A DNA stretch of 64,000 bases, taken from the NCBI GenBank assembly GCA_030704615.1, contig CM060732.1, positions 55,304,001-55,368,000 of the forward strand, given 5' to 3'. This DNA is from Takakia lepidozioides (lineage: Eukaryota > Plantae > Bryophyta). The notes beneath the pieces are model-generated. The model saw only the letters and a list, made by a program, of their open reading frames with translations, was not told where the DNA came from and ran no database searches. The position numbers were made by a program, and so were the translations under genes. This document shows positions 1 to 10,826 of the stretch, one piece after another. Numbering within the stretch: the first letter of the stretch is position 1; every line of letters starts with the position of its first letter.

Positions 1-600
1 CACAGCATGTGGTATTTTTGAATCACACTAGTTCCTATGCTGAATTGCGTCTTCTACTCTCTGTCTGTTACCTGTATCTGGATACTTTCCTGTTGTCACA
101 TTGGCAGTATCATGTCAAAGTCACCGTTACAGAATTCAACATGCAATTAGGGCCGGTTCTGATAAGAGAAAAAACAGGGTGAAATGTGTTGAAAAAAGTG
201 CCTTCATTAACAGTGCCGCTGCTGCTGCGGCTTCCAGTTGACCATCTACCCATGCACGTTCCTTCCAGCTATCGATGCACAGGAAACCACAGCTAATCTT
301 GAGCTTAAAATCCAGCCCTCTTGGATGAATCTGAACCCACACTCTACCCCTACTCCTTCAGCTATCCATGCTCTGCACAAATCATGCATACATCCTTGCA
401 AACACCTTATTACAGTAATTCCAATTCTGAATTGCATCTGCTTCTCTCGTAATCCAACAGGCATTCACCTTTTTGTCTCCATTGTCCCACCATTCACTGG
501 GGTCGGAAAAGTGTTCATTCCAAAGCTTCTCCTCATCTCTGTTACCTGTTTTTGGGTACTTTCCTACTGCCACGTCTACAGTAACGTATCAAAGTCAATC
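1..600 (-). pseudogene. Degenerate OSB-type PDF-motif exons (organellar ssDNA-binding repeat), tandem units, runs off the window edge
   Basis: Minus strand reads EEKLWNEHFSDPSEWWDNGDKK, then a GT..AG intron, then IHPRGLDFKLKISCGFLCIDSWKERAWVDGQL. This resembles the OSB motif WWDNR..KNPKAPDFKHK..GEALW. 61-125 is a second copy of 536-600, and 40-60 matches 427-450, implying a second unit that has lost the WWDN segment. Confidence 0.6.
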
Positions 601-644
601 CAAACTACCTAATATGAATGATTAATGTGGTAATATGCTTTTCT

Positions 645-2230
645 TTCTGTAGGTACGGCTTGAGAAACCTGAACGCAAGCATTATCCATTATTAGGGCAG
701 TTGAGGGTGGAATTTAGAAAAAGAACAATTAAGAGTATCACATTAAAAGACGTGTGTCGGATGGTGACATGTATTTGTTCTTTTTGTTTTTTAAGGGAAA
801 CACCTGGGAGCGACAGCTGACACGTATTGATGCCACGCAGATGGTTGACAAATAGGACAGGAGCTGTATTTGGAACAACACATCCAAACAGGAAACACTG
901 TGAAAGTTCTACGAAGCAACCTGCAGTCAGGATAAACCCCCTCCCTGAAGCTTGGAGCCCACCCTGTTCCCTGCGTGCATGGGCTGCGAAGACGTCTGCG
1001 AGAGAGAGTGCAACGTAATGGCCCATCCTGATCAAGAAATTGATTTTCAAGCTCTCATTAATGCTCTACCAGAGGTCGATGATGATGACATTCTAGCTCT
1101 CCTTAATGCTCTACCAGAGGTCGATGCTGACCAGTTTTTCGAGACAGACGTTACGGAGCCAATGGTGGACGAAACTGAACTAACGGATTCAGCGGGTTTT
1201 CGGGAATTGGATCCGAGCATAATGGCCATTTACCAGTTTCTCGAGACAGACTGCATGGACAAATTGCCAATGGTGGACGAAGCTGAATTACCGGATTCAG
1301 CGGGTTTTCGGGACTTGGATCCCAACATTACGGCCAACGACCAGTTTCTGGAGACAGACATGATGGATAAATTGCCAATGGTGGACGAAACTCAAGTACC
1401 GGATTCAGCTGTTTTTCGGGACTTGGATCCCAACGTCGCCAATTCTTATCAAGAAACGAAGAAAAGAAAGAGAGATCATGGAGACAACCATATTGCTTTT
1501 GCAGACTACCCAGGTGACCACAGGTGTCCGCGATGTGCGTCTGATAAGATCCGGTTCCTGTATTGGAACAATAAATCGAAGGGTCAACCTCGCTGCGTGT
1601 GTAAGAGTGGAGTTTGCCTCAATTTCACCTTCACGTTGGGTGGAACGCAGCGGGAGAAACGCAGGGGCATGCAGGCCGATGATGCAGGCATACAAGTTGC
1701 AATACCCAAAATTCACTGCGGTAAAACTACCCATCCTGTCACTTCCATGCAGCCCACACACGCTTCTTCTTCCAGGGAAGCACTATCCTTCCAGTACGAG
1801 AAGCTAAATTTCATGTGCGGAGAAACTGCACTATCCGTCAAGCAGAAGCTCAATCTCATCTACGGCCGCAGCTTCTAGTGACCACGGATCATATATTTAA
1901 GTTCTGTACAGATCCATCTTGAGGATCGGGACGGTTGTTGCTTCATTTGCTGAGGATTACAAGCGAAGTACAGTGATCTTTGAGGACATGTTTTAGAATG
2001 AATTCATGTAAATAATTTTAACGCTTGCAAGTTACATTTTTGTCAGGCTACATGTATATGCAAACCCAACATGGGAACCCTCGTACTTTGTACACGACTT
2101 TTGAAATTCAATGCCATGATGATCCGTATGGATTGATCATTCTTTTGTATCTACTGACTCCCTCACAAAAAGTATCTAATAGGAAATATCCGAATCTCCT
2201 TCACGTAGAGCTCTCGTATACAGGAAGCTC
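645..2230 (+). repeat. Segmental duplication, arm A (inverted copy at ~14850-16427)
   Basis: Promoter, CDS and 3' region are near-identical to the reverse complement of 14850-16240. Weaker similarity extends to 645-705 vs 16340-16427. Confidence 0.9.
979..1878 (+). CDS. Acidic-repeat protein with a divergent Dof-like C2C2 zinc finger, copy 1
   Basis: CPRCASDKIRFLYWNNKSKGQPRCVCKSGVCLNFTFTLGG aligns with the Dof consensus CPRCxSxxTKFCYYNNYxxxQPRxFCKxCRRYWTxGG. The N-terminus has 2x ALxNALPEVD and 3x ~39-aa acidic repeats. Start uncertain (ATG 979 or 1018); the ORF is open from 952. Confidence 0.7.
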   Translation: MGCEDVCERECNVMAHPDQEIDFQALINALPEVDDDDILALLNALPEVDADQFFETDVTEPMVDETELTDSAGFRELDPSIMAIYQFLETDCMDKLPMVDEAELPDSAGFRDLDPNITANDQFLETDMMDKLPMVDETQVPDSAVFRDLDPNVANSYQETKKRKRDHGDNHIAFADYPGDHRCPRCASDKIRFLYWNNKSKGQPRCVCKSGVCLNFTFTLGGTQREKRRGMQADDAGIQVAIPKIHCGKTTHPVTSMQPTHASSSREALSFQYEKLNFMCGETALSVKQKLNLIYGRSF

Positions 2231-2519
2231 GTGGTGGGGATAGTGTGCAACTTGGATGTCATGGTATTTTCTCGCAGACCTATTCAGTGAGGTGGCACTT
2301 AACATTTTGGTGTCTACGTCATGTGTAAAGCACTGTGCGCACTGTACTGTACATTCTCTCTGGATATTGCTTTGCATATAAGTTATGATAGTTTCATTTT
2401 TTTGGCACTCCAGACCCACTAATTAGTGCCAGCCAATGCCACTTGAGTGTTTTTTTTTTTTTTTTAATTTTTTTACTTTGAGTGTTCAGAAAGGATGAGA
2501 GCAAATCACCCACAAGAAA

Positions 2520-4310
2520 TTGCTTCTCATTTAACAATAATAGGGTCATGAATGCCCACACATGTGGCTGCGTCGGGGCTGCATGTGGCAGAGGGGTCGC
2601 GTAGGGTGGGAGCGCCCCTACCCGGACCCAGCCAGTCTGCTTGTTGGCTTTGCCCGGCAAGCTGGTCTGCTAGGGCCCACAATATACACATAAACCATTA
2701 GTTGTTGCAATGATTTGTTTTAAGTGGTGGGTAGTGTGGTGGTTAAGAGCAATGACTAATAATTGTAAAGTGAGATGGTCAAATCTTTGTACTATGGCAA
2801 TAATGTTTGTTATTAAATATATATTTTGTCGAAGAGTCCAAGCCGGGTCTGCTTGGGGGGTCGGCCCAGGGAGAGGTGCCAGTCTGCTCGTCGGTCTGGA
2901 GGGTCTGCTAGAAGGTCGAAGAGTCCAAGCCGGTCTGCTTGGGGGGTCGGCCCAGGGAGAGGTGCCAGTCTGCTCGTCGGTCTGGAGGGTCTGCTAGAAG
3001 GTTGGAGTCGGTCTGTTGAAAGGTCTGCCCAGTCTGCTAGAAGGTCCACCACAGTAGATTAACAAGGACTTAGAAAAATTTCAGAATCTCGCCGACCCCC
3101 GACCCAGTGAATGGGCGGTGGGCGGGTCGTACTGGTGGGGCTCGCCCGTGCATTCATGACCCTATTATTAAACAATGAGAGGCCAAGAAATTTATACATA
3201 AATCAAATACAAATTATGAAATACTCACCCTAACTTTCTTCTTCCCCCATTTATTTTTTTATTTTTATTTTTGAAAGGGAAGCTTAGGAGCGACAGCCCA
3301 CAAATCAGGGCTTCTCATTGTTGAATAATTGGGAGTTTAAGGCTCACATGTGAGCCAGGCAGCAGGCTCCATGCACGGACGTCGGGCGCACGGGTGACCC
3401 CGTCGCGACCCATGACCCGGCCCGGGTGAGTCTACCACGAGCATAGGTCTGCCGCCATGTGTGGTTTGCCGGTGAATGGGCAGTGGGCGGGTCGTACTGG
3501 CGGGGCTCGCCCGTGCATTCATGACCCTATTATTAAACAATGAGAGGCCAAGAAATTTATACATAGATCAAATACAAATTATGAAATACTCACCCTAACT
3601 TTCTTCTTCCCCCATTTATTTTTTTATTTTTATTTTTAAAAGGGAAGCCTAGGAGCGACAGCCCACAAATCAGGGCTTCTCATTGTTGAGTAATTGGGAG
3701 TTTAAGGCTCACATGTGACCCATGACCCGGCCCGGGTGAGTCTACCACGAGCATAGGTCTGCCGCCATGTGTGGTTTGCCGGGAGACTTAGCCCGGGTGG
3801 GTCTGCCGCGAGGTAGGGTGACCCTAGGCGGCATTGGGGCTGTTTGCAGCTGTTTTCTAGGTTAAGACACAAAAAAAAATGTTAAGATAGTAGCAAGTAG
3901 TGTGGCAGTTGGGCGCATTGAGTGGTACCTATGAGGTCATGGGCTCAACTCTGGCTGCGCCAAATGTGCATCAATGATGGTTTTGGCGGGCGTTGCACTT
4001 ATACTAATGATCCTTTTTTTGATGGGCGAGTTTTTCCGCAAAAAATCCTAAGTCCCCTGGGCGGGCTAGGGCACGACAAGCACCATTCAGACCGCGAGCA
4101 GACCTGACCTGACCTGTATGAGCAGACCCGACCTGCCAGCAGACCCTGAGCACACCAGACCTGAGCAGACCCGGACCGCTGGGGCACGACAAGCACCATT
4201 CAGACCGTGAGCCGACCTGACCTGTGTGAGCAGACCCGACCTGCCAGCAGACCCTGAGCACACCAGACCCGAGCAGACCCGGACCGCAGACCCAGACCCG
4301 GACTCGCCAG
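2520..4310. mobile_element. Composite non-autonomous DNA-transposon/MITE-like repeat cluster
   Basis: Imperfect inverted repeats at 2520-2556 vs 3149-3181. 87-bp tandem (2828, 2915), ~367-bp-period direct duplication (3105-3352 / 3472-3718) and 113-bp tandem (4069, 4182). GTCTG motifs are dense on the left and CAGAC motifs on the right. Confidence 0.6.
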
Positions 4311-4729
4311 GTGATGGACTGAAGCATTCCGGCATGGCTCATTTACCAGTCTTGCCACTTGACACACACACTTTTTGGCATATTACAGTTCCTCTCCGCT
4401 CGCATGCTGAGGACGTGTGGGTGTGTTTTTGGTGCTGCTTGATGCGCGCAATCTGTTGAAGGAAGTGCAAAAAGCATGCAGTATGCATGGCATCCGTGGG
4501 GAACATGCCTGCCTTTTGCACATGTGCTCCAGGTGCTAGCTCCGGGTGTCCTCACAATCCTCGGGACGCAGGCTATGCTGCTTGCATGCCCGGCCAAGGG
4601 AAGAAAGATTCAAGGTGTGGGTTTTGCATTTTGTGCGCTCGCCGGCATTTTCGGCAAGGAAGTTGCTCCCAAAAGCCAACATATGGAGGAGGAGCAGCCT
4701 CGAAACAAATGTTTAATCAACCACAGTCA

Positions 4730-5040
4730 ATGAACAGCTACTTTGCAAACTCCAGTGACTGGTGGGACAATCCAGGCAATAAGGTGAATGCCTGTTATGT
4801 TACAGCTGAAGGCAGCGAAAAACATCCATGGAAAACTTTCTCGCAAATAAAGGAAGTCCCAACCTTCCCTCTCTGAAGGAGCAGTGGAGTGTGGGTGCAG
4901 ATCAACCCCAAGGGACCAGATTTCAAGCACACGATTACCATGGAGGCATTGTGGATTGGTAGCTACAAGAAGCCTGCATGGGTTGTTGGTCAAGTGGAGA
5001 AGCTTGCAGAAGCTATGCAGATGTCTATCGCAAGCCCTGG
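4730..5040 (+). CDS. OSB-type PDF-motif exons upstream of the PPR-DYW ORF (exons ~4730-4783 and 4901-~5040)
   Basis: MNSYFANSSDWWDNPGNK, phase-0 intron 4784-4900 (GTGAAT..TGCAG), then INPKGPDFKHTITMEALWIGSYKKPAWVVGQVEKL. Same intron position and donor as the minus-strand copy at 1-600. Confidence 0.65.
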
Positions 5041-5537
5041 TGGAGCGGACTCATGTGGGGCTTTCCTGTACGGCACTCACTTTTCTGATGTAGAGCTCAC
5101 AAACTTTGATCTGACTCTGTAGTTGCATGGGGGTTTTGTGAACAGGTGAGAGTAAGCGGCCCATTGTGAACCCCAGTGTAGAGTTCGAGGGAAAATCAGT
5201 TGTCTCTGTTTACATAGAAGTGGAGAACAGAAGTCAGGTATTGCTGGGGGTGCATAGTAGTACCCATGGGGTAATTTTGCACAGATGTGTTACATTGTGA
5301 TTTTTGTCAAGGTGAAGGTGAACATAGTTATCAGAAGTTCTTGAAACTTATAGTTGGTTTGCTACCTACATGCACCTTCCTGCGGTGATGTAGAAGGGTA
5401 ACAATACAAAGACTCTGTTATGATATAGCAAAGAACCTGTCCCCATGAAAAGATTTTTCTTGGAAGTATGTAGGACCTTTGAGGGCGATCCAATGAGTGA
5501 GAAAGATTGCAGCTAAAGAGTTTTGGAGTATTGCAGG

Positions 5538-8054
5538 ATGGTGGGGTTGAATCAGGCACAGTCATCTGAAATGGGCACCTCAACAATGAATTCAGCTTTT
5601 GAAAGAGGACCAAGAGAGGGGGTCAACAAGAACTCTTCTAGCACTTGTCAGAATGTGAGGACACTATCTAAAGCAGGACAGCTGAAGGAGGCGCTGCACA
5701 TTTTGAACCAAGGAGGCGTGTCAGCCGACTCTGATACATATGCCTGTCTCCTGCAAGAGTGCCTTAAGAGGAGAGGCCTAAAAGAAGGAAAGGAGGTGCA
5801 CACTCACATTATCCAAAGTGGATTCAAGCTAACTATATTTCTACTCAACACCCTCATCAACATGTATGCCAAGTGCGGGAATGTGGTGGATGCACGCCTA
5901 GTGTTTGACAAAATGGTTGAACGTGATATGTTTACATGGAACATGATGATCGCAGGATATACCAGGCATGGGTGTGGTAGGGAGGCCTTGGAGATTTATG
6001 AACAGATGAGACGGGAGGGGGTATTTCCCAATAGGATCACATTCATTTGTGTTCTCAAGGCGTGTGCAAGCCTCACAGCCCTGGCAAAGGGCAAAGAGGT
6101 CCACACCGACATCATCAAAGCTGCAATTGCACCAGATATCACTCTGGAGAATACTCTTGTCAACATGTATGCCAAATGTGGAAGCATGATGGATGCACGT
6201 CAATTGTTTGACAGTATGGCCCAGCGAGATGTGGTCTCATGGAGTGCAATGATCGCAGGATATGCAAAGCATGGGTGTCGTAGGGAGGCATTGGAGACCT
6301 ATGAGCAAATGGTAAGTGAAGGTATAACACCCAACCATGTCACATTCGTTTGTGTTCTCCACGCATGTGCCAGCCTGGCAGCTGTGGAAAAGGTCCACGC
6401 AGATCTCATCAAAGCTGGAATTGCACCAGATATCATTCTAGCAAACACCCTCATCAACATGTATGCTAAATGTGGAAGCATTGAGGTTGCACGTGAAGTG
6501 TTTGACAATATGGCGGCACAAGATGTGGTCTCATGGAGTTCAATGATTGCAGGATATGCTCAACATGGGTGTGGTAAGGAGGCTTTGGAAACCTATGAAC
6601 ACATGATACGGGAAAGGGTAACGCCCGATACAGTCACATTCGTTTGCGTTCTCAACGCGTGCGCTAGCCTCGCAGCCCTGGAAAAGGGCAAAGAGGTCCA
6701 CATTGACATCATCAAAGCTGGAATTCAGCCAAATATTATTCTGGAGACTGCCCTTGCTGCCATGTATAGCAAATGTGGGAGCATAAAGGATGCACGTCAA
6801 GTGTTTGACAATATGGCTAAACAAGACGTAGTGTCATGGAGTGCAATGATCACTGCATATGTCCAACATGGGTGTGGTAGGGAGGCTTTGGAGACCTATC
6901 AGCAAATGATACAGGGAGGGGTGATGCCCAATCAGGTTACATTCATTTGTGTTCTCAAGGCTTGTGCCAGTTTGGCAGCCCTGGACAAGGGCAAAGAGGT
7001 CCATGCTGACATCCTCAAATCTGCAGTTGAGCCAACTCTCACTTTGGAGAATACCCTTATTGACATGTATGCCAAATGTGGCAGTGGAGAGGATGCACGT
7101 CACGTGTTTGACAGTATGGTTAAGCGAGATGTGGTCTCATGGAATGCAATGATTGCAGGGTATGCTCAGCTTGGGTGTGGTATGGAGGCCGTGCGACTAT
7201 TTGCGCAAATGCAACAGGAAGGGGTTAAGCCAAATGGTGTCACCTTTATATGTGTTCTCTCTGCATGTAGCCATATTGGGCTGGTGGATGAAGGCCTCCA
7301 CTACTTTGATTCCATGATTCGGGATCATGGCCTCACTCCTACAGTAGAGCATTTTGGCTGCATGGTGGACCTTCTTGGCCGTGCAGGGCGATTGGCTGAA
7401 GGAGAGGACTTTATTAACAAAATGTCCATAGACCCAGGTCCTGTGGTATGGGGGGCCTTGCTGGGTGCCTGCAGAATTCATGGAAATGTGGAGGTGGCAG
7501 AACGTGCAGCAAAATGCATTCTCAAGAGGAATCCACAAGATACTGCAACTTATGTACTGCTATCAAATATCTACGCTGCAGCCGGCAGGTGGGATGATAC
7601 TGCAAAGGTGAAAAAAATGATGCAGGACAGGTGTATCAGGAGGAAGCCAGGGCTCAGCTGCATTGAGGTGGACAACCAAGTGCATACATTTGTTGTAGAT
7701 GGCAAGCTGCATCCTCAAATTGATGAAATTCATGCTGAGCTGAAGAGATTGTCTGAGCAGATGAAGAAGTCCGGGTACGTGCCTGACACTCGCTTTGTGT
7801 TAAGGGATGTGGTGGAGGAGCAAAAGGATTTTTCTCTTTGCCTCCACAGTGAGAAGCTGGCCATTGCATTTGGGCTTATCAGCACACCCCCTGGGACGCC
7901 TCTTCGTGTGATTAAAAACCTTCGGGTGTGCGGTGATTGCCACACGGCCACCAAGTTCATCTCAAAGATTGTTGGGCGAGCAATTCTCGTGAGGGATGCC
8001 AACCGTTTTCACCATTTTCAAGATGGGGTTTGTTCTTGTGGGGATTACTGGTGA
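5538..8054 (+). CDS. PLS-class PPR protein with E1-E2-DYW deaminase domain (organellar C-to-U RNA editing factor)
   Basis: Regular P-L-S triplets, P2-L2-S2, E motifs, PG box KPGLSCIEV, HSEKLA...CGDCH zinc signature and terminal DYW. Uninterrupted ORF 5523-8054. The true start may lie in upstream exons. Confidence 0.97.
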   Translation: MVGLNQAQSSEMGTSTMNSAFERGPREGVNKNSSSTCQNVRTLSKAGQLKEALHILNQGGVSADSDTYACLLQECLKRRGLKEGKEVHTHIIQSGFKLTIFLLNTLINMYAKCGNVVDARLVFDKMVERDMFTWNMMIAGYTRHGCGREALEIYEQMRREGVFPNRITFICVLKACASLTALAKGKEVHTDIIKAAIAPDITLENTLVNMYAKCGSMMDARQLFDSMAQRDVVSWSAMIAGYAKHGCRREALETYEQMVSEGITPNHVTFVCVLHACASLAAVEKVHADLIKAGIAPDIILANTLINMYAKCGSIEVAREVFDNMAAQDVVSWSSMIAGYAQHGCGKEALETYEHMIRERVTPDTVTFVCVLNACASLAALEKGKEVHIDIIKAGIQPNIILETALAAMYSKCGSIKDARQVFDNMAKQDVVSWSAMITAYVQHGCGREALETYQQMIQGGVMPNQVTFICVLKACASLAALDKGKEVHADILKSAVEPTLTLENTLIDMYAKCGSGEDARHVFDSMVKRDVVSWNAMIAGYAQLGCGMEAVRLFAQMQQEGVKPNGVTFICVLSACSHIGLVDEGLHYFDSMIRDHGLTPTVEHFGCMVDLLGRAGRLAEGEDFINKMSIDPGPVVWGALLGACRIHGNVEVAERAAKCILKRNPQDTATYVLLSNIYAAAGRWDDTAKVKKMMQDRCIRRKPGLSCIEVDNQVHTFVVDGKLHPQIDEIHAELKRLSEQMKKSGYVPDTRFVLRDVVEEQKDFSLCLHSEKLAIAFGLISTPPGTPLRVIKNLRVCGDCHTATKFISKIVGRAILVRDANRFHHFQDGVCSCGDYW

Positions 8055-10826
8055 AAAGAGCAACATCCATGAAAGAAAGTGCAAGCAACCGGGGGAAAGT
8101 CACAATAAGTTGATATTTTTGTAAGCAAAGAATGAAGTCAGAACTTATGCATGCAATGGATTGATGTAATCGGTACTGCACTTCCAATGAGCTGCCCATG
8201 GTGATGCTTACAAACCTATTATCATTTGAACAGTAGGTTGAAAAATTTTGCACTGAAAAGGTCAACCTCCATGTATCAGGACCAGAATTACTTCAAATCT
8301 CAGATGTAATTCATAGTCAATAGGCTGAAGGCCCAAAAGCCTGAAGGTGAATGCACATCATACCCAGATTCTCTCCAAATATTTTCATGGACATTGGAAC
8401 ACCTTTGTTTATTAATTGGGATTGACATGGTGTGCGATTCTAAGATGCCTGCAGGTGGAGTCAGTAATGGCCACAAAAGCCCTGGAAAAACAAGAAAAGT
8501 TTATGAGATCACCACATGCAAAAGCCGGTATTGCCACTCTACAAGTCTGCTCCTAAAAAACCCAGAAGATATCTTGTCTCTAGATACTATGATAGTTTGA
8601 CAAAGCCAACCTGAACCTTTCAATCTGACAAAGGATGATGAACCTCGTCCTTCCACAAGACCAAAAAGTACTCAAAAAGCAGCCTGGGCATTGCCATGGG
8701 ATTGGCCCTTTTGTGATGAGGCAAGATTGAAGCTAGGTAGTTGCCTGTCATTGGGGAATCTTGAGCCACAAAACAAAGTGGGAAATTAGTTCTCTTACGA
8801 AACCCCAACTTCATAGTGCAAGTCTACCATGCAATTTGCTACCGTCAAACCTGGATGAGTTTTAGGCTTTTGGAGTAAAAACAATACCACTTGTAGGGAT
8901 CTAACACAAAGAGGTTTAGGGTTTTAAGAAATAACATTTTTGTATGTAACCAAGGTGTGACTCAGTCTAAGCATTCATTTTTAAAATGTGAAACAAGATA
9001 GAAGTCTTGGATATGAAAATAGTTGTATGCCTTCTACCAAGTTGACCTTGTCTTGCAAGTAATTCTAATGATCGAAGCCATTGAATTGCTGGGTTGTCGA
9101 TCTGAAGCAATATTCTTAGTTTTCAAACAAAATTTGCAGGAGTAGAATAAAAAACATGGGCATTGGGGCGGTGTTCCATTTCTCAGCCTCCATGGCCTGT
9201 CATGTGAGGTTATTTTTTCCTCATTTTCTAAGTCAAAGTCCGGCCTCTCTGGGGCCTTCAGAAAAAAAAGAAGAAAGCTTTACCTTTAGGGTTTTATGAG
9301 GTATTATATACGCCCCATAAAGGGTAATTACTATTTAACCATTCACTTGGTTACCGTTTACTCTTTGCTATAGTGGGTTGTTCGCGTGCGAAGAGATGCC
9401 AAAGCCTTGTGCAAGCTACACACACAGGCCTTGAGCAGAGCAAGGATCGATTCCATGGATTTGGGTGGGATGTTAGAGGCGGAGTGGATTCGGAAACATG
9501 ATTTTCAAGTTGGGTAGTTGGGATTAAGTGTTTGAGGACTGCCTGGGCGATGGAGAGAGAGGTACTACTTGGATTGTGAGGATTGCGCGTGAAAGAGAAA
9601 GGTACTTGCGCCTGATCCCGTGTGAATTATGCTGTCTGTTGCGTCCTTCGGCGGGAAGGCTCCAATTGGTCTGGTCTATGTTTCTGAATGTATTTCTAAT
9701 CCGCTTTGGAAGGCCGGAAGCCTATAATTTATGTGATCTAGGTAGTAAAGTTGCAGAATTTCTTCCACTCTCTCTCAATTCTCTGTTGTGTGCCTCCCGC
9801 TTTTCGGCTGTCTGGCGCCACTATTACTTTAGGGCCTTTGTTTGTGTCTCCGCCTAAACCCTAGTTATCCTCATCCACTTTGTGGTGTCCATGACATATT
9901 TCTCCCGGTGGCATGCAGTCATCGATCGGGTTGAAGGGTTGGAGGTGTACCGTACGAAATTTGTATTTCTTCTTTCTCTCTGTCAAGCAGTTTCCTACAG
10001 AGATCTTGGGTAATATCTCTTCCCCAAATTTCTGTGAAGAGCAGCACAAGAAGATGCCCTCTGCTGACAGAGGCAGTAGCTCTACTGTATCCAAAAGCTC
10101 AGAAACCACTTAGTTATGCTACTATTTAGGCAGGTTGTGCCTTTTTGTCCTCAATCCATATCCAGTAACTGAGCATTCTTGGTGTGCCTGGGATGCAGGG
10201 AGACCTGTAAAGGAAGCCATTCAACTCTGGGAGATTTTGAACTCAACGTTTTTACGGTCAGTCTCTCCCTCTCCTCGTGTCAGAATGGTCGTCATATGTG
10301 GGCATTCACGGTAAATGGTTTATCTATTATCCATGAACTTATGCATCAAGGGGTAAGTTGTAGGGTTTGAGTCAACAATTTCAGAGGGTGGCATGGACCC
10401 AAACCTCTAGATTCTAGTAAGTTGTGCCTCCCTATAAGGAAACCCTGCTCTTTACACAGTGCAAAGAATAGGCACATCTCCCACTTCTGTGTTAAGAAGA
10501 AATGTTGTTATCTGTTGTTTGTGATGGCTCAGGTGTATTCTTTCGATGGGTGATTCATTAAGAAGGCCCTTTTGCTTTGAGAGCCTGGTTCATAATGGAT
10601 GAGTCATGTTTCCAAACATCTAGTAGGATTGGATGATCCTCATATATGTGATGTTGTCTGAAGAGAGCTCAAGGCATGACATGCTAACCAGTAATTTGTG
10701 ATTGTTTACAAATTGCAGGCAGAGGAAAGATATTTTCATATATAAGCTGTAAATAAGTTGACGAAACACATCCCCATTTTGCCCATGAGGGTGTGTAAAT
10801 AAGAGGGAGCGGAAGTTTGAGACAGC

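Noticed and set aside
2828-4310. CRISPR-like array
   Set aside because: Plain tandem duplications without unique spacers, in a eukaryotic context with no cas genes.
7640-8054. U-to-C (DYW:KP) editing variant
   Set aside because: It has a PG box, HSEKLA and a terminal DYW, consistent with the C-to-U type.
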